Assembly: GCA_900088475.1 (NCBI GenBank)
Contig: FLMG01002763.1
Location: 1-64,000 of the forward strand
Length of the DNA stretch: 64,000 bases
Reading direction: 5' to 3'
DNA from: Hyphochytrium catenoides
Lineage: Eukaryota; Protista; Hyphochytriomycota
In this document: in pieces, positions 12,701 through 23,900 of the stretch
Layout of the letters: each line of letters opens with the position of its first letter
Numbering within the stretch: the first letter of the stretch is position 1
Notes under the pieces: generated by a model
The model's database searches: none
Told to the model about the DNA's origin: nothing
Seen by the model: only the letters and a program-made list of their open reading frames with translations
Made by a program: the position numbers and the translations under genes

Positions 12701-14905
12701 ATATTGCGTTGACTGACTCTTTCTTGCTAGAGAGCCTTGGACATTTGCCTGGACCTGTTCTTTCAGTTTCCGTGGGCGAACATGCTCCACTCTTACATCG
12801 AAGGGATCTGCGCCACTGTCGTTGAAAGCACAAGCGAGGTTCTGCTACGCTCTCTCTTCACCGACGCCAAACTCTTTCAGCGCATCCTTGACGCTTATAA
12901 AGAAAATGAGGTGGGGATGAATGTGGCAAAACATTGCTGCTGTTATACTCGCTTTCTACTCTCTCCCCGCTTCAGATCGTCTTATCTTCTATTTCAGCGG
13001 TCTTGGCATTAGTCAATCGTCACAAGTGGCTTGTTTTGCTGCCCTTTGACTTGCACTCATGGTTCTGCCCATTTGCGGTTCACCCAGATCTGATATTGGT
13101 TGCTGCAGGAGTTGAAAGCGAAAGAGGAGCCATTCCTGAAGGGTTACATGGGGCACCTTCACAGGATTGCCAGGATTCTTCAGGATGGGGTTGAGGACTC
13201 TAGGATGTCTAGCGATGAGATTAGGTCTGTGAGCCTCTCATCCACGTCCTGCCTGATTCGAACGGCGTCCAGGCCACCTTCCCCTTCGGTTCTTATTGGT
13301 CTACTCTCTCTCCCGACCTCTTTATGCCATATCTTGAGCAGTGCTCTTCCGTCGGTGCCACCTCCTGCCTTATGTATGTATTTTGCAATGCTTCTGAAGA
13401 TGGCTTCCTGCTATCTTTTTGGGCTCTGATAACTCAATTCATCTCTTTCCCAATCCTCTTTTGATGTAGGCGAGAGAGCTATACATCGGATGACCTTCTT
13501 GCTGTCATGCAAAGTGATCCGAAGTGGGAAGACTGGCAACAGTTCGTAAAGACTACCCTACAGGAAGTAGAGCTAGTAGAGAGTACTCCCATAGGTGGGC
13601 CAGACCCTGCAGCCATGGGCGACTCTTTTGGCTATGGGAATGGGATGAGAGGAGATGGATTGGATCCTAATGACTTCACGGTACGAGTGGATACACATGA
13701 TAGAGGCAGTAGGATAGACGTGATAGAGGCACCAGGAGGAAGAGGCGGAGGAATGAGAGGTAGAGGGACCAATAGATGTAATAGTGCTTCATAGACGGGG
13801 AGTTGGTCACGAAGAGGAAAGGAGAAAGGGAAGAACGACCCTAAAGAGAGACTTGGGCATACCATGCCTTGTCCTAAGGAACCTTCCTCTCTGTCGTCAA
13901 AGCTCATGATATGCCGTATCTCCATCACTTACCATTTCGTCATTTCGTTGTCCTTCCATCTCGCTTAGGAGCCGGAGGTTGATCATTTTTTTGCCGAGGA
14001 GATGAACAAAGCTGAAGAATTTGGCTTCAGGCCTCGCATTCCGTCGGAGGTTCGGAACAGAGCACTAGCTTGCACGATGTCTCCCTGTCTTTTCTGGTTT
14101 ACCTCTTAGAGGTCTACCCTTCTCTGTTGCTCTACCTCTATTTCTTTGGATATTACGCTCTATCAAAAGATGCCCTATATCTTTGTGTCTGTTAATAGTC
14201 ACTCTGCGCCTCTTTCAGGACGAGGTGGATACAGGCATTAGCTTCGCATCTGCTGCGGGCAGTGATCACAGAGGCCTGGGAGAAGGGAAGAAGGATGATA
14301 CTGATGGATTTGATACCAAGGCGTTCGAGGCCTTTGACTCAGATCTTCCCACCTTACAGACTGGGACATCTTCCTCTTGGTCACCTTTCGATGACACACC
14401 GAACGCAGGATCGCCTGTGAATGCTAGGTAAATGATCTATTGTTTTGAAGCAAGAGACTGTTAGTTTCTTCAAAAAGAGTCAAAGTTTATCCCACACAGT
14501 TGCGTCTCAGTTTTACTCTTTCTCACCGTTGAGTTGAGCCTTCAGGACTCTAACTTACTTACCTGGTTCTTTCCTGCCTGCATCCACCATCGCTGTTTTG
14601 TCTGCCCCGCCATGACTTCCCTCTCTGTTACATTTAGTGGCGGAGGGGGAGGATTCAACTCCTTTTCACCTTTCAATCCCTTCGAAGACTCGGCCTCTGG
14701 GCAGGCTGCTTCGCCATCTCCTCCTACTTCTACCGAAGATCTCAACAATATGTTCTCGAACTTTGAATCCTCTGTGAGAATAAGCGAGAACGCTGCTCCA
14801 ACCCAAGAAGCTGCAACAAAGGAGGGCGAGAGTGCTCCATCACCCCCTGCAGCCCCATCTTCCTTGGCCTCAACCTCTCCACCAACGCCACCTTCTTCTA
14901 CATGA
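9710..14905 (+). CDS. SIT4 phosphatase-associated (SAPS) / PP6 regulatory subunit, multi-exon
   Basis: SPVNDLLAKDDVTLEQLLEEDELLQEVKSMNPKLLDF; RKFRYPYMACEVICCD; LDLFFQFPWANMLH; GYMGHLHRIA; acidic disordered C-terminus. Confidence 0.93.
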
Positions 14906-16626
14906 GAGCAAATGGCAGACCACAGCGTTGTATCGTGTACAGAGAACCCGAAATGAAGCTGTAAGAAGATGGATCAGCTCGCTGCGCGAGAGAGGCTCGC
15001 GAGAATACAAAGGAGTAGAACCTTAGGCAACCGAGGAGATAGCCAGCAGAAAGCTTGCTTTTCAAGGGAAGCCTGCCCTTGGAAACTTTGTTTTTGAACT
15101 GATAGTCAAGACCGCGTTGGTGCTGTTCTTACCTTATCCTTTCTTGCTCAAGAGTATTGATACTCAATCCTTCCCTATGTAAGAAGAAGCAAATTGTTTG
15201 TCCCACACTTAGTGCTTCCCTTCTCTCCACCCAAAGAACGTGGCGCACGAAGACGCCAAGGGAACGGCGATGTTTAGCGAAAAAACAGAGCGCTGTCCGA
15301 TCGAAGAGACCACCAACAAGAAAGCGGCAATGGCGGTGGCGTCACCTTTACTCCTCCTTCACCTCTTCCGTTTGTGTTGCATCTGTCTAAAGCTCAGGGC
15401 CTTCTCCGTATCTTCCGACTGTCTCTATATCCTTTGAACTGTCCCGAACTGCATAGGAAGGAAGGCAAAGACAGAAGAAGACATAGCTGTCAGAACGGAC
15501 GAAAGTCGTTGGGCTATACCTCCAATCCTGTCACTGCCATTTCGCCCACTGACACATGGGGTGATAAGTCTGACTCCATCGTTTTCAGCAGATGACATTG
15601 AACAGAGGACATTGAAAAGGAGTTGATGTTCTCTCCGTATAAGGCATAGAGTATGATGATGTAAGGCACCGCCATCGGCCACCCACTGACAGCTAAACCG
15701 AATAGTTAATGAAGGACGATTATTCCCATTTCCTCTTCTTCTTGCTTGCTACTATCAGATAACAGTCATCATTCCAAGAAGCATGAAGCAGCGGGAAAGC
15801 TTTTCTTGTCATAGTTGCTCTTACGATGACACCTCGCTGACCTTCAGCCCCGCATTTTCTGATAGCAACAGCCGTTCTCACTGGTCACAGTTATACTACT
15901 CTTATTCAGTTTGCCTGTCAGCTAGCGCAGATAACGGCGACATCATCATGATATGCTCATCCATCATCCCTACTTCTCCGTTCTTGTGCCATCATCACCG
16001 CTTGTACTCATGAGAATTGCGTGGCGGTCGGTAGTAGTGGTCGTGCTATCATGCTTAGGATCATACCCGCCAGCAACCATGAAGGAAAGGTGGGCGGATA
16101 CTAAGGGGATCATACTCATTCTTGCTCGTCATTGAATGACCACGATGTACAAAAGAAAGTGATGGCAGGAGAAAGACAAAGTAAGAAGAGCCCACCACTA
16201 TGAAAGGAGGAAGAGACATGACGCAGCTGTATGAAGACGAACGAGGATATCATTACGGTGACGACCGACGATATCTCATCGAATGGTCAGTGGTGGTCGC
16301 ACTCTCCAGTCTCTTCGTTTTTGATCCTTGCACCGAACCTCATACCGCCGACGGACACCGAACGACAGGCGGAAGTCAATCAACAAATAACAGTAGTCGT
16401 GTCGTTCTTCTTCTTGCAGCCTGTCATCCTGCTAGCATTGTCGTCAATCTTCATCACCCCATGATTAATAAAGCTAGCCGCAGATCATTCTCTTCTTTGA
16501 CTTCTAGCACTAGTGTACGCAGTCGGTGTCTTAGAAGACCGCCACGTGCTACTGTGCTACTCGTACGGTCAATATATTGAACCCTACAGCCAACAACCAC
16601 TGACCTCCTGTTATCCTTCCGGCGGG

Positions 16627-16836
16627 TACTCATCAGGTTAACTTATAGCTTAACTACTCATCAGTTCATGGCCTACTCATCAACTCATGGCCTACTCATT
16701 ACTCTCCTCATAGCAGACTCATCCTAGAAGAGCCTGAATAGTACTCATGGCATGAGAAGCTTGAAGGCAAAGATGTATGAACCCACTGGAGTCTCGCATA
16801 CTCATAGAGGAGGCTCTAGGAGGAAGCAGTACTCAT
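16627..16836. repeat. Cluster of TACTCAT heptamers
   Basis: Exact copies at 16627, 16655, 16674, 16693, 16742, 16799 and 16830; ACTCAT variants; CATGGCCTACTCAT occurs twice. Confidence 0.85.
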
Positions 16837-17226
16837 AGAACATGAGAGTTACACGAGTAACCAGCCATGTTCAAAACGCATGCGTATGACCCTCATCCTG
16901 CAAGTATTGCCCCACATTAGCGCTAGTTCCCTTCCCTATGCTTTCTGGTTCCGAGGAGGGTCCAGCTTGCCTCATTGCAATATTATTGAATCTCCTTACC
17001 CAGCCAAACAAAACTTTACGATGTTAGGCCAATCTCCTACCTGTTGCCTTTCTGGCCTTCTTGGTATTAACCCACTCTTCTCTCTCTCTCTCTCACTTGT
17101 TCTCTCTTCCGTTCTCTCTCGCTCTCACTCTCTCTCTCTCTCTGTCTTTGAGAAGTGTCTTAGTGTGTGCGTCTGTCACCCACGTTGGCTCTCTGTCTCA
17201 TTGTCTGTTCATCCTTTCACGAACTT

Positions 17227-18019
17227 CTACCTCTGAATCTTTTTCCACTCTCCGCCAGCCTGACTGGACGCTCGGCACGCGTCGATGACGGCTTGGACTT
17301 TCACTCCGTCAACAATGTTAGCAGCTACAGCGACGGCAGCCAGATCTTTCTTGGGGCCAAATGCTTCCTGAAGGGCCACTGCCATCAAAGAAGTGCCGTA
17401 GGGGAAAGGATTCTCCGCTATGGCCTTGGTATGGGCGATCACTCTTCTCTCTGCGTCTGTGCAAGTCATCTCTCCCGTCCTGGGATCATAGACAATGCTT
17501 CCTCTCTCTCCTGCAATGAGGAGGTGATGAGTCTTTACATCTCCTTGGGTTACGCAGCTGGCAATGAGAGAGACAGGAATGTCTCCAGTCATTCGGAAGA
17601 GAGCCTGGAAGAAGAAGTCGCTAGTCACAGGCTTCTCTTCTCCTGTTTCATCAGGCGCTCGGAGAGAGAAATTTCTAAGGTCCGCCGAGACAGAGGTAAA
17701 GTCCTCTCTTAGCACAAAGCGAAGAAGATCGAAGCAGTGGGAGCCCAGGGCGCCTAGGAGCCCTCCTCCCTGTGCCTTGTCACACCACCAGTTCCACTTC
17801 AAAGTGGAATTAGGGCGAGAAGAGCAGTAGTTCCAGGTCACAAAGCGGACCTGACGGGATAGAGAAGAGAGAAGAGCCAGTAGAAGACGTGAGAGAGAAG
17901 AGCTGGTCAGGCTTCACTGCCAAGCAAGGGAAGGCAATGGGAACAGGAGACCCGAGGCGTATCAGAAGAGAGTGGGGGATGCGGAAAGCATAGAGAAAGC
18001 AAACGAAAGGGTAGCGCAT

Positions 18020-18050
<31 letters not shown>

Positions 18051-19090
18051 AAGAGTATAAAAAGTCTGGGCAGGTGCCTCTCTCCAACCCCATGGAACAG
18101 AGGCGTACCGAGGAGCAGCGACCAATGGCTAGCTAGACTGGGGCCATCGCCTTCTCTCCCTATCTTTCTTTCTCTCTTTTGTCTGGTTCTTACCTTTCCG
18201 ATCGTGCCCTCCGCAATCAGGTTCCTCATTCTCAGCACCGCAGGCGTGAACCGCAGCTCATGGTCAATAAGACAAAGTTTTGAACTCGCACTCGCAGCTT
18301 TCTCCATTCTCTCAGCCTCTTCCAGGTTAAAAGCTGTGGGCTTGTCACACAAGACGTGCTTTCCGCTCTGTAGGGCGAAGATAGTCATCTCTGCGTGGAG
18401 ATACGGGGGAGAGACAACGCTCACGAGATCCACTAGTGAGAGGAAGAGAGAAGAGAGAAGAGAAAAGCCTGTTGTCAGAAAGAATGGAAAATGGCGCCAG
18501 GAGGAAGGGGAGAATGGCAGGAGAGAGACAGTAGCAGAAGTGTCGTAGCAGGGAAAGAGGAGTCAAGCAAAGGAATATATGAGAAAAGGAGATAGACACG
18601 ATTGTGAAGGCTCAGGGTAAGAGAAGAGCAAGGCAGGGAAGGGCTGCCAAAAGAGAGTCATGAGTAAGTCAAAAGAAAGAAGGAAGAAAATGAAGAGAGG
18701 AAGAGAGAGAGAGAGAAAGAGAGGGAAGGCGAGGGAAATGGGAATTAGAGCCAGAGAGAGAGGCAAAAGAGAAAAAGAAGAGAAAGAAGCTAGCAGAAAG
18801 AAGAATGACTTTGTGCGAAAGAGGCACTTTCAGAGCCCAAAGGAGGTGAGCGGAGATGTAAGAGAGAGGGACATCGTACCTTCCGGGCACAGGCAGAGCG
18901 CCTTATAGTCTGAAAAGGCATGCTTAATCTTGTGCTAAACGGACACAGAAGAGAGAGAGACAGCAGAGGCGAGGGTGAGTGGGGACAAGATTTTTCTTTT
19001 TTTGGAAGAGATCCGTAGTGGTAGTTCCAAACGACAAGAAGGAGGGAGAGGGACACTCAAATAAGGCCAAAGATGGAAGGAGACTGCAGA

Positions 19091-19124
<34 letters not shown>

Positions 19125-19828
19125 TAGAGAGAGAGAGAGAAAGAAAGTACGTCTGAGCGCAGAAGACGATCTCCCTTCGCACCTCTTTTGCCAAAGCCTC
19201 AGCTCTCGACTGGCTGCGCGAATAGATAGCCACGACTTCCATCCCCGCAGCACGGAAGCGCGGTAGCTGAACCTGGCAGCGAGAAAGAGAAAGTAGAGAG
19301 CAAAGAGAGAGAAGAGAAACAGAGAGAGAGAGCAAGGATGAGAGAGAGAAGGAGGACGGAGCGGATTCAAGCATCTCTGTCGTCACAAAAGGGTGGAAAG
19401 TCGAGGAAGAGAAGAGAAACCCCAGACCAGCCGCGGGTAGATGAACTTGAGGAAACAGAGAAATGTAGAGACAGGGATAGTAACAGGAGAGACAGAGAGA
19501 TAGATAGAACCAGAGAGAAAGAAGAGAGAAAGAGAGAGACAGAGAGAGAGAGAGAAAGAAGAGCAAACCGGAAGGAAAGACTCTATGGTTGCAGGTTACA
19601 AGTCAGACTAACAACATTCTGCGGCAAAGGCGGTACCTTGAGAGCCCATCCAGTGCCTAAGAGTCCCACGCGGACCGGGCTCCTCTTTCTCTTCTCTGCC
19701 TCTCTCTTTCGCCGCGCCACCAAGGCTTGCAGCGCCACTGCGCCAGAGAGAAGCGCGAGGCCGATGAGCCCAGTACTCCCGCTGGCATCTCCTCCTCCCT
19801 CAGGCATTGGATTCACAGTGACAAGCAT
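17227..19828 (-). CDS. Gfo/Idh/MocA family NAD(P)-dependent oxidoreductase with a predicted N-terminal membrane anchor, multi-exon
   Basis: VRVGLLGTG Rossmann start; VDLVSVVSPPYLHAEM; GKHVLCDKP; IDHELRFTP; GGGLLGALGSHCFD. Confidence 0.92.
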
Positions 19829-20069
19829 CTCTCTCTCTCTCTCCTTTGATTCTGTTCAGAGACACCGTAAATCTACGCAGTGCCGCAGCTCAGTGTCTTC
19901 TTTTCTCCGCGCTGCCGTCACAGTCAGACAGCGTCCAAGAGCTGCTTCTGACTGTAACGACGGAAAGAGCTGAGAAAGATGTTCGAGTAAGAGAGGTAAG
20001 GATAGTGCATGAAAGGAGAGAAGAAAGGGAGGAAGAGGAAGAACAAGTGAGAACTGACTGAGTTATCAA

Positions 20070-20152
20070 TGAGAGAGAGAGAGAGAGAGAAAGGAAAAAG
20101 AGACGAGGGAGTGACAAAGGCAGAGAGAGAGAGAGAGAGAGGAAGAGAGAGG

Positions 20153-20183
<31 letters not shown>

Positions 20184-20262
20184 AAGGGGAGAAGAGAGAG
20201 AGAAAGAGAGAGGAAGAGAGAGAGAGAGAAAAGAGATAGAAGAGAGAAAAGGACGAGGGAGA

Positions 20263-20297
<35 letters not shown>

Positions 20298-20330
20298 AGA
20301 GGGAAGAGAGAAAAGAGAAAAGAGAGAGAA
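20070..20330 (+). repeat. Long imperfect (GA)n polypurine microsatellite
   Basis: About 260 bp of almost pure G/A. Confidence 0.95.
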
Positions 20331-20514
20331 TTCGAGAGTGAGAAGAAGGGCTTTGGCATGATAAGAAAAACGTACAGTGAGTTGAACCTAAAGGGCCCAG
20401 GCCGTTAGCGGTCCTGTAGAGCTCAACACCATCACGCGAAGAAGATGAAAGGTCACACGATTGCCCTTCTGATCCTTCTGTGCGACCGACCGCCCATCGT
20501 GCGTAGAGAGCTGG

Positions 20515-20536
20515 TTCTCTCTCTCTCTCTCTCTCT

Positions 20537-20568
<32 letters not shown>

Positions 20569-20600
20569 CTTTCTTTCTCTCTCTCTCTCTTTCTCTCTCC
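20515..20600 (+). repeat. (CT)n polypyrimidine microsatellite
   Basis: About 85 bp of pure C/T, opposite in orientation to the 20070-20330 tract. Confidence 0.95.
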
Positions 20601-20902
20601 CTATAGCCCTTGCTTCGTTGAATCCTCTAGTAAGTAGGGCAGTCTCTCGTTCCTTCGCTGTCCTCGGTCTCCGAGGCATCGCTCTCTCGCACTTCGCATT
20701 TTTTCTTAGTTGCAGAGAGCTCTGTCTTTATGTACTCATAGGAGCTTATAAGATGGCCCTCAATACCTCTTCATAGCGTTCATAGGCTTGTCTCAATATT
20801 TACAAGCCCCTAGCATACCTCTCACGCACTTCTCTCTCTTCCTCTCCCCTCTCTCTTCTCTCTCTTTCCCACTCCTCTGCTGTCTTCCCTTCTCTTCTTT
20901 CC

Positions 20903-23900
20903 TTAGAAGCCCTCAAAGTACTCTGCTGGACCCTTATAAGGTGCGACCTGGTCGTCCTCATTGTATGGATCGAAGTTGGAAGTGTCATAAAGATCCTTGA
21001 TCGGCGGCTTGTATGGCGCTGAGATCTTCTTGGCGGTGAGATTCTTCCAGCTGAAGTCCTTGGCAGCGGTGAAGTAAGGATGATCGATGATGTCCTTCAC
21101 GCCGCCTGTGAGAGCGCCTGGAGAGAGAGTGTTGGAGGAAGAGAGAGAAAGAAAGAGAGAGAAGAGAAACGTTAGTCCTGATGGCTGGTCTATATGAAAG
21201 AGCAATAAGACCCGCTAAGGAAACTGCTGCTGATAGCCGACAGAGGAAGAAAGAAACAGGAAGAGCTTGAAAGAGAGACAAACTCTCGAAGGAACAGGAA
21301 AGAGGGCTCTCTCTCTTTCTCTCTCCCTTTCTCTCTCTCGTTTTACCTAGTCTAAGCGCAGGATTAGGGTGAAGCAGCCTTCGAACAAGGTCTTCTGCGG
21401 CCTTGTCGAAGTTGTTGGGGAACTTTAGAGTCTTCTCGGAATGAATAATCTTCTCAAAGATCCGCGGCTGCTGAGGATCTTGGAAGGGTGTCACGCCTAC
21501 CAGTAACTCGTAGGTCAGGCAGCCCAGCGCCCAATAATCCACTGCTTTAGTGTGACCTTGGCTGAAGGAAGAGAACGGAGAAAGGAAGAGAGCGCGAGAG
21601 AGAGAGTTAGGAAGAGAGGATGGATTTGAGACATAAAGAGATAGAATGGGGAAGCAAAGAGAGAGACATAAACGGAAGGAAGAGAAGAGAGAGACAAGAG
21701 AGAAGTTGAACAAGCCAAGCGAAGCACGAGAGAAAAACCGAAGCCAAGACTTTGATTGAAAGGATACACATTAGGGAGACCAAGGACCCTCATAAGGAGA
21801 GATTATTGGTCTAATGAGGAGGAAAGAGGCAATCTAACCTTCGCACAAGCTCCGGAGAGAGATACTCAGGTGTACCGCAGAGAGTAAAGCTCTTCTGGTG
21901 CAATTTCTCTCCCTTATAGAATGGGATGGGCTTTGCAAAGCCAAAGTCCACCATCTTCAGGTACCCGTCAGCGGCCAACAGCAGGTTTTCAGGCTTGAGG
22001 TCGCGATAAGCCACGCCCATGCCGTGGATGTATCTATACAGATAGGAAGAGCGACAGAGAGAGACACAGAGAGAAGAGAGACAGAGAGACAGAAAGAAAG
22101 TTGTTAAGAAAGAGAAAGAAACACGGAAAGGAGGAGAAAGAGAAGGCAAATGAGATAAGAAAGAAAAGCATGCTGGAAACGGCACTCAAAGCAAATAGTG
22201 TGGGACTAACCAGACGAGAGGAAAAGGCCATGTACCTGAAGCACTCGACCACATTGGCGGTGTAGAAGCGCGCAGCATCAATGCGCAGTCCTCCCCAGAC
22301 ACTACGAGGCATGAGGTCAATCTTCTCATAGAGAAGGCTCCATAGCTCGCCACCCTGAAGGAGCTCCATGAGCATGTAAATCCTGAGAAGAGAGGGAGAA
22401 AGAACGAAAAGCCAGGATGTTAGATACACAGTTATAGACTTTTCGCTCTCACGATGTCCTCTCTCTCTCTCTCTCTCTCTCTTCCTCTCTCTCTCTTTCT
22501 CCTTCACGGTTGAGCTCACCTATCAGCATCGGAGAAGGTCTGATAGAGCTTGAGGATGAAAGGATGGTCACACTCAGCCGCAATGTTCTTCTCGTTCATG
22601 ACATTTCTCTGCTGATGAGAGCTCACGATCTGAGCCTTCTGCATACATTTCAAGGCAAAACTCTTGCCCGAAGGCTGGTGGATAACCAGCTTGACTCTTC
22701 CGAACGTGCCTGTCCCTATGGTGCGGACCTGCTTGAACTCTGAGAACTTGTACGAGGTGGTAGAGGAAGAAGCTGCTCCTTTCTTAGCGCTGTCCTTTGA
22801 GCGAGAGAGGGCTTTCTCTTGCATTGTCTCCTGACGACGCATCTCTTTCTCCAGGATGACGTTGAGATCACCGATCAACTGTGATATACGAAGAGATATG
22901 CCATGTCGAGGCGTAAAACCAGCGAGTCAGTGGAAAGACAAAGGTCTATGAATAGAGCAGTCGAAAAAGTAGATATGCCTCTTGCCTGGGTAAAGGTTTG
23001 TCTGTCCAGCACCAAGCACTCTACTTTCCCCTTGGCCACCACGTCAGCAGCGCGGGGTTCTTGCTTCAGAAGAGCGCGCTCTCCAAAGAAGTCTCCAGGT
23101 CCCAGCTCCATAATATCAGTGCCAGCTGAGGAGAGCAAGGGAACGGAACGATAAGTGTCCCACAGACGTCACATACAAAGCAACTGGCAAACCTTATCAG
23201 GGTCGACAGCAAGAAGACACATGCAAACTAAGAAGACTCAGCAGAAGAAGAAGAGAGAGAGGGAGGTGTCTGAGTTGACAACCGGAGGATTTGCTATTGC
23301 ATAGCTTATGCAGAGACTGAGAGAGGAAAGAGACACACCACGGGGAAGGAAGCGAGTGGACAATGAGGAGGTTTTATCTTACCCTTGGAGACTACCGCTC
23401 TGCCCTCATTGATAATGTAGAAGAGGTTGCCCGTCTCTCCTTCCTTGATAATCTGTTTCTTGTCTTCAAAAGTCACAACGCGGAGAGCGTTTGCCACCAG
23501 ATCCAAGTCAGCGTCTGACAGAGCCGACAGAAGAGGAACACTGCGGAGAACCCGGATGCGCATGTTGCGGTCTAGTAGCTGACAGAAGAGAGTGAGAGAG
23601 GAGGAGGGAGACGAAAGAGAGAGCAATCGTGTTACTTGCCAACAAGGACTACACAGATTAGTTTATACGGAGTGAAGACGCCAGACAGAGAGGAGACAAA
23701 AGAAGACCTCAAGTAGGGAAAGCGGAAAGGGGCACGAACTGGTCTTGTAGAGTTCGGGGGTACCTCTCTTAGTGGGCCAAGAAGCTCGTTGAACTGCTTC
23801 CTGTTCATGGTGTAGCACTCCACAGGGCCCACAGCAACGCAGTTGGCGTGCCGCGGCTCGTTTAGAAGGAGAGCCATCTCTCCGAAGTAATCCCCTTGCT

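Noticed and set aside
16627-16836. CRISPR-like reading of the TACTCAT repeats
   Set aside because: The unit is only 7-14 bp with irregular spacing, there are no cas genes, and the context is eukaryotic
17810-22520. Many long Ser/Leu-rich or Arg/Glu-rich ORFs in the ORF track
   Set aside because: They are translations of (CT)n/(GA)n microsatellites in introns and intergenic DNA
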